Shown here in pieces: positions 49,833 through 61,666 of a stretch of DNA of 64,000 bases. Location of the stretch: NCBI GenBank assembly GCA_965603825.1, contig CBFDEM010000016.1:372001-436000 (forward strand). Reading direction: 5' to 3'. The notes beneath the pieces are model-generated. The model searched no databases, had not been told where the DNA came from, and saw nothing but the letters and a program-made list of their open reading frames with translations. A program made the translations under genes and the position numbers. Position 1 is the first letter of the stretch, and each line of letters starts with the position of its first letter. The DNA comes from Blepharisma stoltei ATCC 30299 (Eukaryota > Protista > Ciliophora).

Positions 49833-50267
49833 ATGCAAAGAATATTAGAAGAGTATAACAGCTTTTTTTTAAATCCTGATCCTTCTTTTGAGGTTAGAAT
49901 CGCCAATAATAACTACTATTTATGAAATTGTGTACTTAAAGGACCTCCAGGATCTCTTTATGAAGGTGGACGTTTTCGTTTTACGCTGAACATTCCTAGC
50001 AATTATCCTAATACACCCCCTTCAATTATTTTTCAGAACAAACCTTTTCATTGCGACATTAGAGAAAATGGATATGTCTGCTGAGAACTGCAAGCAAAAT
50101 GAAGTCCTTCTTGGCGTATTAGAGGTATTTTTGGCTGCTTGATAGGACTACTTTTTAATCCAGTTCCACACCCAGGAGATCGTTATGAGCCAGACCTCCT
50201 CTATTGCACAAATCGTCCAAGATATGAGCAAAGAGCAAGAGAGATAACTAATCTTAATAGATCCTAA
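49833..50267 (+). CDS. Divergent ubiquitin-conjugating enzyme (E2, Ubc4/5-like fold), 144 aa; absent from the ORF track
   Basis: MQRILEEY, L-W-NCVLKGPPGSLYEGGRF, YPNTPP, FHCDIRENGYVC, K-W-SPSW; 3 in-frame TGA, two at conserved E2 Trp sites. Confidence 0.88.
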
Positions 50268-50810
50268 GCAAACTATCTTATGGTGTCTAATTTATGCAAT
50301 CATAATTTGATTGAATTTTTAACATTCAGAAGTAATTGGCAGAATTGTTCTATATTTAATCAACTGCTTCATGATTTAATTTAAACTAATTTACTATTTC
50401 AAGCATAGCCTTGCCGCTTCAGATTCTATGAGAAAGTATGATATGCAAAAATGTGTTGAAATATTAATAATTTAAAAAGTCAACACTCTTTCCTAAGATG
50501 AACCTAAAAACCTACTTTGGATCATTTGATCTAATCAATTTTGGGCATAGACAATTCTTATGAGTTTATTAACTTTAAAGTCTTTCTAGCAAATAATATA
50601 TGATTAAGAAAAGTCTAAGTGCATAAGCAATGCAAATCTCATTTTTTATTATAGCATATCTATAAAAGTATATTACTTTAGAGAATGTTGAGATAGCATC
50701 ATTGAACTTAGCGATAAAATAATTACTCAATTTTTATTAATAATCGTGCATTGGTTTATCGAAAACTCAGTGGATAATTCTGGAATTCCTCTTCCATTTA
50801 TTATCAAACC

Positions 50811-51341
50811 ATGGAAGCTAGGCACATACCAATAAAGTGGGCACAAAGAAAGGCACAAGTTTTCATTACCCTTGAAGTCAGCAATTTGGTAGAGAACTCT
50901 TGGACAATTCAGCCCACTGAGGAAGGTGCAATCCACTTTAAAGCTCTCAGCAAAGACACAGGAAGCGAAGTTGCAGTCGATTTGGAACTTTTTGAAAAAA
51001 TTGTCCCAGCAGAATGCAAGTGGAAGGTCACTGGAAGAAATGTGCAATTGAGTTTGGCAAAAGAAAACAAAACAGCAGAATATTGGCCGAGACTCTTAAA
51101 GCAGACAGGAAAAAACCAATGGCTTGGAATTGATTGGAGCAAATGGATTGATGAAGAAGACGAAGATGCCAAGAGCAAGCCTGATTTTGATTACGATTTC
51201 AATAATATGAATTACGATGAAGGAGAAGATTCTGATGAGGAAGAAGAGGAAGAAGAAGCACCTGCAGATTTAGGAGATTTAGAAGGGGATAAAATGGATA
51301 TTCCTACAGCAGAAACTGGAGAAGAGAAGAAATCAGAATAA
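50811..51341 (+). CDS. PTGES3: p23/Sba1 Hsp90 co-chaperone (CS domain, acidic tail)
   Basis: IKWAQRKAQVFITL, YWPRLLK, WLGIDWSKWIDEEDE. Confidence 0.9.
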   Translation: MEARHIPIKWAQRKAQVFITLEVSNLVENSWTIQPTEEGAIHFKALSKDTGSEVAVDLELFEKIVPAECKWKVTGRNVQLSLAKENKTAEYWPRLLKQTGKNQWLGIDWSKWIDEEDEDAKSKPDFDYDFNNMNYDEGEDSDEEEEEEEAPADLGDLEGDKMDIPTAETGEEKKSE

Positions 51342-51520
51342 ATAACATATTTTTAAGGCGTAAGCATAACTTGAAATGTGAAATTGAATGAAGGAAGGAA
51401 GGAAGGCTTTCTGAAAATTAATAATAAAAAATAGATTTATGGCGCTTTGCAAAAGTGACTTAAATTTTTTAGTCAATTTAAAAACTTTATGCATAATGCA
51501 TATTAAACTTTCGACTTATT

Positions 51521-52180
51521 TTAGGCTTCAGACACATCTGTTTTCGAAGATCCTTGCCGTTTGTATTCAACATCATAGTCAGATTTCGCTTGAGCATTTA
51601 TAGCTTTTTGAGACATATCTTGAGAGTGAGGAGTTTGAATATCTTCTGCGTCGCTGAAATCATTTAGCTCACTTACTGCAATACCTGTATTTTTCATTCT
51701 TTTAAGCATCCTAAGCAATTTAAAAAAGATCAAAAATAGTCTGACTAAGTTTATGACTATTGCAAGAATTTTCCCGCAGCTTCCAAAAAATCCTTCCAAC
51801 CCAAATGATACGCAGCAAATAATGCAGCTTAAGCTTAAGCTTGAGATATCAAAAATATTCCAATTTTCGCTAAAAAATGCTATATTTCCCTCCATGATCA
51901 CTCTATAAATTGCTTCAAATATCACACAAACAAGCATGAAAGTTAATAAAAAGACACTCAAATTATAATTTTGCTGATCAAAGCCAAGCATCATAAGGAC
52001 AAGCAATAAGATAATCCAGACAATCAAAATTAAATAAAATGCTTTGCCTAATTTCGAATAATACACTCTTGACAGTACAACTTTTAAGTTTATTCCTTCA
52101 GTTTTCAGCAAATTCGTCGCAGAAATTATTTCAATCGGAGAAAATACCCCTTTTGCACTCGTAATACCGCCTACTAGCAT
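51521..52180 (-). CDS. Small 4-TM protein resembling a stand-alone voltage-sensor (S1-S4) domain
   Basis: S2-like FEAIYRV, S3-like FFSENWNIFDI, basic S4-like NLVRLFLIFFKLLRMLKR; no pore helices. Confidence 0.55.
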   Translation of the reverse strand: MLVGGITSAKGVFSPIEIISATNLLKTEGINLKVVLSRVYYSKLGKAFYLILIVWIILLLVLMMLGFDQQNYNLSVFLLTFMLVCVIFEAIYRVIMEGNIAFFSENWNIFDISSLSLSCIICCVSFGLEGFFGSCGKILAIVINLVRLFLIFFKLLRMLKRMKNTGIAVSELNDFSDAEDIQTPHSQDMSQKAINAQAKSDYDVEYKRQGSSKTDVSEA

Positions 52181-52236
52181 TTTTTATATCAGATCACAAA
52201 TTATTTATAAAATCCGCTTATAATTATTACACAAAA

Positions 52237-53826
52237 ATGAGTGAATTTGAGGCAAGATTTTCAGAGAGAAAACAGCACTTTTTAGAGTCAGCAAGCAATG
52301 AAGATTTGATGAAAAGACATAATGAGTACACAATTGAGCTTAGACGAAAAAAAAGAAACCAACATCTCGCAAAAAGAAGAGCTCTCATATCTGGGTCCAC
52401 AAATAATTTAGACTTCGATGGGGATGAAATTTTAGTTTTTGGCGAAATTTCTGAAGAATTGCTTGCATATTGTCCTGATCTTAACAATGAAAACTTAGAT
52501 GACCTTTCTAAATTAGCAATAATCAAAAAAGCCATTGATAGTGATCCGCCACAGGATATACTTTTGCATGCTATTTGAACTGTGAGGAATATAATTTCTA
52601 TGAAACATGGCCCACCTATTGGAGCTTTTTTAAATCTTGGGTATGGGGAAACCTTGATTAAACTGTTAAGCTATGATTATGGGCTTAGAATCCCTTTAGA
52701 AGCTTCATGGGCCTTATGCAATTTGGTATCAGGCCCTCACGAGTACGTAGAGTCTTTGGTGAGATCTGATATAATCCCAGCTCTGCTGAAGCTTACTTGC
52801 CCTGAGTGTCCTTCAGTCGCTGAACACACATTATGGGCATTATCAAATATTTCTGGCGACTGCCACGAGTACCGCCAGGTTTTGATAAATTCAAGCTATA
52901 TCGAGCTTCTACAAGAAATGATCACTAGGACTCGCAATATTTCAAACGTCCTCATAAAGGTGATTTCCTGGTGTGTATCTAACTTATCCAGAGGATCAGA
53001 CTACATTCCATATGAGAAGCTGCAAAGGATTATTGATATTATCAATCAGTTGATAGTGATAGATGACCATGACATTCATTCTGAATGCTTATGGGCACTC
53101 GCATATATCAGTAAAAATGAAAATGAGAAAGTGCAAATGGTTTTGGACTCTGGATATATAACCTTCATTATAGATGGGCTAAAAGCAAACTCAGAAAGCA
53201 TTGTGAGTGCTTGCGTAAGGCTTGTATGCAATATTTCTTCAGGGACTGATTCTCAAACACAAAAAATATTAGACGAAAATATTCTTGATCTACTGCAAAA
53301 TCTAATGCAAAGTGATAATGACTTAATGGTAAAAGAAATCTATATGGCAATTAGCAACTTTGCTGGTGGATCAATTAGCCAAGTTAAAATTCTAGCAGAC
53401 CATCCAATTTTTAAACTTTCCTTCCAAGGACTTATACATCGAAGCCAAGAGGTAAGAATCGAAGCAAGCCACATTTTCAAGAATTTTTGTTTGGTTGGGA
53501 GAAATGAAAAACTGCAGCTTAAGCTAATTGAGCTAAACTTCCATGAAATCCTCCAAAGATGCTTCGAAGAATCAGATGCTACTTTTTTACTTAATATTTT
53601 AAGCGTTTGCAGGCTTCTACTTGAAGCTGGAAATGATGAAAGTGAGAATAAAATCACAAAATTGTTTGAAGAGGCGGGGATTGCTGAGGAAATTGAAAAG
53701 CTAGATAAGAATATGAACAGTAAAATTTATTCCGAGTCAACTCAAATTATAGAAACATACTTTTTGTCAAGTGGAATTGAGCCTGATATTTCTACTATGA
53801 AAGTGGAAAGTTTTAAAATAATTTAA
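52237..53826 (+). CDS. Importin-alpha (divergent), 529 aa
   Basis: IBB IELRRKKRNQHLAKRR; ARM repeats EASWALCNLVSG, LWALSNISGD, SWCVSNL, LWALAYI; TGA at 52576 read through. Confidence 0.9.
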
Positions 53827-53959
53827 TAGAGGTAAATTTTAAGATGGTTTAAAATTATCTCATAATTGCTAATAAGATCAGTCTAATACGACAAAGAAAA
53901 AATCATAATGTGTTATAGGAACAATTTTAATAAAAAATGATATACAAAAAACATTATAA

Positions 53960-55795
53960 ATGGAGGGATTCTTGAAGAAGTGAACTAACTACGTTTATGG
54001 CTGGAGAAAACGGTATTTCGTCTTACAAAATGGAGTTTTAAAATACTGCAAGAAAAAAGGAGGCACGCTGAAAGGTACAATAGTTTTAAACAACTCACAA
54101 ATTCAATCCCACACTAATCCGAAGAGGTTTATCATCACAACTGGGGTTTCATCAATCCATTTCAAAGCAGAAAACCCCATCCAAGCAAATAAGTGGATCA
54201 CAGCCCTTAGAAACCAGCAAAATGCCTCTAAATCTCTCTCATTAGGCTGCCTCACACCTAGAAGCTCAGAAATCCCAGCCCCATCCGGAGGTAGCACAAT
54301 TGCAATGAAAGTTGGCGAGCTCTGAGGGATCCATGCCCAAATGCAAGAAGCTGTTGACATGATCCCTAAACATGAGATAAGGCGAATCCCAGGGCTCGAT
54401 ACAGTGATTATTCTTACACAAGCAGTAAAAAGAATTTCAGCAGAAATTTTAGAAGCCCTTGATGTTGAAGAAATAAGGAGGAGCACCATTTCCAATACTC
54501 AAAAATCCCCTGGACTGGCTCCAGAAAACCATGATACATATAGCGGGTTCGATAATAATTTGGACGACTCAGAAAAGATAGAAGAAGAATATGAAAAAGA
54601 AATTGAGTTTCACGATGCAAGAAGCCACGCTTCAAACCTTTCAATCAACTCAGAAGGAGAAGAAACATTGGTGATTGCTCCTCATAGGAAGTGCTTACCT
54701 GTTTTAAGGAACCCAAACCAGAAATTTAATATTTGGAAAGTGATAAAGGACTCTATAGGAAAAGAAATGAGCAAAATTACAGTCCCTGTGTATTTTAATG
54801 AACCTTTAAGCTTTTTGCAGAGGTTCTGCCAAGACTTGACTTATTCTGATACTGTAGATAGAGCTTCCGAGGAACCTGACCCTTTGCTAAGGCTTGCCTT
54901 AGTTGCATGCTTTGCTGCTAGTGGGTATGCAGGCACTGAAAGCCGCACAATGAAGCCATTCAACCCACTGCTTGGAGAAACTTTTGAGTTAGAAAAAAAT
55001 GGTCTTAGAGTGATTTCTGAGCAAGTTAGTCATCACCCTCCAGCTTCAGCAATTCATTGTGAACATCCTGCTTTTACTTTCTGAGGAAACACAGAGGTAA
55101 AAACAAGCTTTAAAGGAACATATTTGCAAGTAAACCCAACAGGAACTTTCCATCTAATATTGAGGCCTTATAATGACCATTTTATTTGGCATAAAATAAA
55201 AACCAATGTCCATAATATAATTATGGGCAAAATATATGTTGAAAACCATGGAGATTTAGAAATGTCAAATTACTCCACAGGTGACCGGGCAACTCTTACT
55301 TTTAAGAAAAAAGGCTGGTTTGAAAAAAGCACTCACGAAGTAACTGGCTTTGCCTATGACACAAATGGAAATGCTGTTTATTCTATTGAAGGAACATGAA
55401 GCAAGGGGTTAACAATCAAACATATTGAGACTGACAGAACAATTGTAGGCTTTGAAGTATATCCAAATCCTCCAGATTTTGAACAAAGCTACTTTTTTAC
55501 TGATTTTGCTTTACAATTGAATCTACCTCCTGAATATGTACCTGGGCTACCGCCAACTGACGCCAGACTTAGACCTGATCAAAGAGCCTTGGAAAACGGA
55601 GACTTGAAGCTAGCTGCAGAAGAAAAAGTAAGAGTGGAAGAGAAACAAAGAGAAGCAAGAAGAAAGCGAGAAGAAGCTGGAATTGAGTATAAACCATCAT
55701 GATTCTATTATGAAAATAATGAATGGATATATAATGGAGAGTATTGGAATAGAAGAAAAGCCCAACAATTCGAAGGCTTGCCAGATATATTTTAA
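53960..55795 (+). CDS. Oxysterol-binding protein (PH + FFAT-like + ORD), 611 aa
   Basis: PH start MEGFLKK-W(TGA 53981)-TNYVYGWRKRYFVL; FFAT-like EIEFHDA; VYFNEPLSFLQR, KPFNPLLGETFE, EQVSHHPP, LPPTDARLRPDQR, terminal LPDIF. Confidence 0.93.
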
Positions 55796-55830
55796 TTTAG
55801 GTGCATGATATAATAAAATAGCTTAAATTG

Positions 55831-58800
55831 TTAAATGTTTTCGATGCACTTTGGACACACATCAAAGACACACAAATCACAATGAAAAGAGCCAATTCTT
55901 CGGACTGAAGCTCGGCAGATGTCGCAGCAGTAGCTAGGGTTTCTGTAAGTAATTTTTTCTCTCCATTCTAACTGATGCCCATTTCTGCAAAATTTGGTGC
56001 TTAAAATTGGGATGAATTTTTTGATTCTTTCGATGCATTTTAAGCATAAGTAGATTTTGCAAGTTTCACAAGTAATCATTCCAGTCAATCTCAATTTTTT
56101 GCAACTTTCACATATCAATGTTTTTTTCGCTGTTTCTGATATTTGGTAAACAGATAAATCTTCAATAAAAATTAATTTATGGCTGAGAGTGCAAGTAAAC
56201 CAAGTTGCTTTTTCAGTTGGAGAAACCATAAATTTAAGACAATTTTCACATATAAGGTATTCACATGTTTTACAGACATAATATACCCCATTTTTCTTTT
56301 TTAAGCATCTATTACAATATGGCTCTTTATTATATTTTTCATAAATTTCATTTGCATAGTCATCATCTTCTACCAAATCATGCATTTTTGGACAAAAATA
56401 TCTCGATAGATTTTTCTTATTTTCTTCATTTTTTTGAAAGTGGTTTAACAAAGTCAGAACATTTGCCTCAATCCCTGAGATTTGGTTCCTAAGAGCTTGG
56501 CTGTCAGCTTTTATTGCTTTTATTTCAGTTAAAAATAGTTTATTTTCCTCACTTATAGTCTCTTGACCCTTTTGGATAGTATTTATCATCATTTTTAGCT
56601 CTTTTATTTTTCCCATCCATGAATCACTATCATCATCATTCAGATTATCCATGCACATTTGAAAATATTGATAATTCCTTTTGCGCCTATTCCATAATAA
56701 AAGATTTTCTACTTCAAGAATCATATCAGTCAATTCATAGTTATCAGCTACTTCAAATCCTTCTTGAACTCTTTCATATGTATTCCCCATAATAGAAATC
56801 AAAACATTCAGCAAAATAATCGGCTCAATTATTGATGCAATAATAAAAATTACCCACTCAAGAGATGAAAATGTACTGGAATCAAAACTGTTTAAAATCA
56901 CCAAATATGAAAATTCGATATAATGGGCAAAATTTGAATGGTCAGAGCTGCTATCAATAGCAATAAAAATGAAACAGAAAGAAAGCACAGAATAAAAGAG
57001 AATAAGAAGAAATGATATCATGTCTTTTAACACTTCAAAAAGCAAGTTGATCATATATCTAGTCCATATAAATAGCCGAAAGTATGATAATCCTCTAAGC
57101 CAAGATAAGCACATAAGATAAACTAAGATTTCGTCGCTTTTACTATTATCATCATTTTTTCATACGTATATACAGTACAAAAATGCTAGACCACTTCTTA
57201 CTATGTCACTACACACCCACAAATTCAAAGACCTTTTGCCCATATTATAGACCATTTGCAAAACTTCATAAACAAAAAGAACTATAGACAAAATAAAAAA
57301 TGGGATAATCCCACTCATCCCGTTTCTATCAAAAAGTACATATAATGAAAGACACGTCATATATAAAATATAAATGCAAGCTTGGACATACATAATTCAT
57401 TTTGCTTTTAGTCACTTATCTAAAAGGATCATCTTTATAAACTGCGTGCGAAAAATTGATTTATTTGGAGTGCAAAGTATGCTCTGCAGAAAATCAATAC
57501 TGTCTTGTGAACCCAAAGTTAGATTCAAAGGCAAAAGAGTGTATCAAAATGAAATTGTTTTTTCTTCAATTATTTTATCATTGCCAAAGAAGTCAATCGA
57601 CTTTGGCACGAATATATCAGAGTGAAAAAAAATAGGATTCCAAACAGTTTTGCTGCATTGCATAGGCAAGTTTAGATTTTCTGCTTTTTTAAATACAGTT
57701 GCATAAAATTGTTGAATAATGGGGTAATCTGCACTATTAATTCCTATTAAAATTTCTTTGCTAACTAGACTAAAAACAAATGGATTTTCACATAGCATAA
57801 GATGTTGTAAAAGAATGCTTAGACTATCTTTCAGATTTTTTTTGACAGCAATCGATATTGGATCTAAATTAAACGATGTTGATGCAAAATTGGGTCTGTT
57901 TTCTAATGATTTTGAAATGCATTCAGTCATATTAAAAAATGTGTAAATTTGGAGAGGAGTGATCATATCTGGAAGCATTACGCAATCATCCATGCTGCTA
58001 TCATAAGCTTTAGGGTCTTTTCATTTAATTATGCCTTGAATATATTTCATGAACTTATATTTGTTAACTCCAAACCCATACACCTCACAAGTTTCCTTAT
58101 TCATTGGATTCTCAATCACATAAGAATAAACTTTACTGTCTCATGAAGATTTACAGATAATATATTTCCCATCACTGCTAAATTTTATCATTGAGATAAC
58201 TCCTTCGCCTTTAATTGATAATATTTTTGAGAAAGTTTTTGTGCAGAAAAAATTTAATTCTTCACTTGTCCCCCCATACACGAAATACCCATTGTTAGGA
58301 GAAACTGCTATTGAGTATATTCCACCTTTATCAATAATAGTATGGACTAAGGATCCTGTTTCCCAAAACCAGATTTTTATAGTGTGATCAAAGCTAGCAG
58401 TCAACAGTAGCTTATCATCATGCACAGATTTTACTGAATAAATCGGTCTTTGATGGCCTTTTAATGTTACCAAATTTTCCCCACTCTTAAAATTTCAAAT
58501 TTTACTTGTACTATCTCTGCTCCCAGTAGCAATTAAAGTGTCTTGACGAAAGATGCATACTGCTCTTATTTCATTAGTATGCCCTACAAATTCTTTTATC
58601 AATTCAAGAGTATCCAGGCTGTAAATTCTCAGCTTTTGATCCAATCCCCCTACGCAAATTCAAGAAAAATCTGAGCTCACTTCTGCAGCGAAACTTGTTT
58701 CTCTTCCTTTTTTCTTTTCAAAAGTTTCGCATGTGTGCTGATTATAAGCAGTAATATACTCAAAGTCCAAAATAATTAAAATATTATTAGCTGGGACAAG

Positions 58801-60006
58801 TTTTTCTATTTTTCTTGGGTGGGTTATTAAAACTGATTTTTCTTGAGTGCCTACTTTATTTATGAAAATTCTATTAGTTTGATCATAGAAATAAAGAGTA
58901 TCTGCATTAAATGCCATTCCAGAGTAATCAGAGAATAAGGCCATTGATGAGTAGGAGGGATAATTTAAAGCAAAAAAATCGTTTTTTTTGCATAGAATAA
59001 AGATTTGGTCGTTATCGTCAACATCTAGTTTGGATATTTGGCTAAGGGAGATAGGAATATTAATTAAATCAGTTCTGGCGAGAAATTCTCATATACTAAT
59101 TTGCCCATCTATGGTGCCAATAACCAACGAGCCATTCTTCTTCGTAAATGCTAATGATTTTATTTTGCTTTTTATAGAGACCTCATAAATAAAACTTAAA
59201 TTAGAAAGGGTCAATATTTTGACATAGTCTTTATATGAAACTGCAATAAAATTCCCAAAGTACGAGATCTTGATAATTTTAATCCCTTTTTCATATTTAA
59301 TTTCAGAAACATTACCTCCATCAAATGTATATTTCACTATTTTTCCAGTTTTAGATCCAAGAATTAGAACCCTTCCATCTATAGAGACATCTATTTTATC
59401 AAACTCATCAAGAAGAATAGAATCGGAAGGTTTTTCAAAATTATCAGAATTTCAGCAAAAAATTTCATTTTTTGCAATAGAATACAGAAACTGCTTATCA
59501 TAACTGACAACGAAATAAGATACTCTAAAATGATGATTTGATAGGATTCGCAGCAGTTCTATAGGATAAATTTTATACAAAAATATTCTGTGCTCGTAAA
59601 TACCCACTCCAACTGCTGCAACTGTATCATCTTTACATGTTTCTAAAACAGTAAGCCTATCCTCAGAAATTTTTACAGGATTGCTTGTATCACTTGTAAT
59701 AGAATTATAAGAAATGAGCCCAGATTGTCCACGATAAACTAAAACAAGAAACATTGAACTCCGTGAGAGGCATTTAAAGGAAAGCAAAGTCATCGGAAAG
59801 GTTTCAATTTTCCTTGGAAGTTGGGCTTCTATTGAATCTGTAGCATCTTTTAGTGAAAGGGCGAACTTATTTAATTGAATGTCTTTATAATTTGGGTTTA
59901 CAAAATCATCAGTGTAATACGATGTGTATTTTATAAAGCTTTCATCAACAGGTAGAGTTTTATTAAGATTTTCTTTGTTTTTGATCGTGGCTGATAACTC
60001 AGACAT
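55831..60006 (-). CDS. WD40-repeat + TRP-like 6-TM cation channel + coiled coil + three Cys/His-rich repeats, 1391 aa
   Basis: Seven track ORFs in one frame joined by TGA. WD repeats (GHTNEI...ATGSRDSTSKI-W; GHQRPIY...TASFDHTIKIW). TRP-like LSWLRGLSYFRLF...LLNVLISIMGNTYERV. Confidence 0.8.
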
Positions 60007-60510
60007 ATAAGTTCAGATAATTATTTAACATAAGAAACTGAATAGTTGCAATTGATCTTTCTTTGAAAAGAGTTAGTTATGAAAAATAAAATGTATTGAT
60101 AATAAATAAATATTAAATTTCAAATATAAAATAATATATAGACAAATTATAATCAAGAGTCTATTATTAAAGTATGGAATTTTTAAATTTCCTGTAAGAA
60201 ATATTCTTATAATAGATCGCTTTTAATCATATATAGCCCATAAAAACTTTTAGCCCAGTTTTCGCTATCGGCTGATTTATTAAATTTGCCAACATGGCTG
60301 GGAAATCAACTGTGTAAATTGCACCCAATTGCTAATCCAGAGCTCATATCATAGGCTATGCAATTAATTAAATTGTTTTAGATTCTCCAGTATTTGGCGT
60401 TTCATTTGTGATTGTATTAATTCTATATCTTAATAGCATATAAATCCTTTGCAAAATAATTAATGCAGCTGTTTTATATAAGAAATTATATTAATAAATT
60501 TATATTTCAA

Positions 60511-61653
60511 ATGTCTTTAGAGGCTTATATTGACATAAGATTTGGTGATCCTGTCATCAGCCTTTCACTAAACTATGAAGGTCTGGTATACGGCAGCATG
60601 ATGGGCCGCTTGCTTTATTACAATTTTTACACAAAAGAAGAAAGAGTGATAAATGAGCTCAGCGAAGAGTACATCCCAGGAGTGTGACTGTCATATGATA
60701 ACGTTCTTTACGCAGCTATAGGCGACCAAAAAGCAATGATAGTTGTAAATCCTGACGCTCCCAGGTTCCAAAAGCAATACGTTCTCCATGAAAAGCTCCA
60801 CAACTCAGTCAACTGCGAATTAACTCAGGTTCAGATGCACCACGACACTGTTTGCTTGTTTACGCTTGACCCTCCTAAAGAAGACATGCAAGAAGAATTT
60901 GTCCAATCTGTTCTACCTATTTACCTTAATCACCTCTCTACACAAATTCAAGAGCACATTGAAGGAATTAGGTTCCCAGCCTATACCATGCCATTTGATT
61001 TTGACGGTAACTGTCTTCTGTATATGGAATGGGAACAAAGCGGCTTAAGAACTTTGAAAATGTTCTACATGACGCCAAATCCAAGACTTGTCCAAGTAAG
61101 TTCTTTTGACAAATCTTATGGAAAAGTGTCCTTTGCAAGATTTTTGAATGACTCCATTGTATATGTCCACAAGAGAAAGACACTAAAAATTTTAGATATA
61201 AATTCAGGAGAAGAAAAAGCTACCCTTGGGTCTCATAGAGCAGAAGTTGTTGCCTTATCTGTGGTTACTTTACAAAAAGTCCAGCCTCCGAATGTAAAAA
61301 TTATTTAGCAAAGGAGAAATCATAGAGGAAGGCTTGATGATGCAATGTATGAAAACTCAAATGAAGAAATAGAAGAGAGTGTCCATGAGTCCCAGATAGA
61401 AAACTTAAAAACTGTAGTAATTTCAGCTGACTCTTCAGGATGCATTTGTGTGTGGGAAAGCACAAGTGTTATTGACATCATAAAAATCAGCGAGCTACCC
61501 CAGCTGACCCCTCAATATCAAAAAAAGCAGTATTTTTCGATGGGATACCCCTACACAATTCAAGCATTTGGCCCTCGCATTGCGATTTCTACTGACTTAG
61601 GAGTTTTAGTTATAAAATCAAAAGCATTGGAATCAATCCAATATAATTGCTAA
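60511..61653 (+). CDS. Hypothetical beta-propeller (degenerate WD40-like) protein, about 375 aa; one 15-nt intron (61294-61308)
   Basis: Three track ORFs in one frame joined by a TGA and the intron. LVYGSMMGRL, LGSHRAEVVAL, ISADSSGCICVW. Confidence 0.7.
61294..61308 (+). other. 15-nt intron GTAAAAATTATTTAG
   Basis: GT-AG, A at position 10; splicing removes an in-frame TAG. Confidence 0.85.
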
Positions 61654-61666
61654 TAATTATTTAAAT

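Noticed and set aside
51390-51406. (GAAG)4 microsatellite downstream of p23
   Set aside because: Too short to be informative.
60250-60360. Possible structured RNA (TAGCC...GGCTA ends)
   Set aside because: No tRNA, snRNA or snoRNA motifs recognised; the pairing could be chance.
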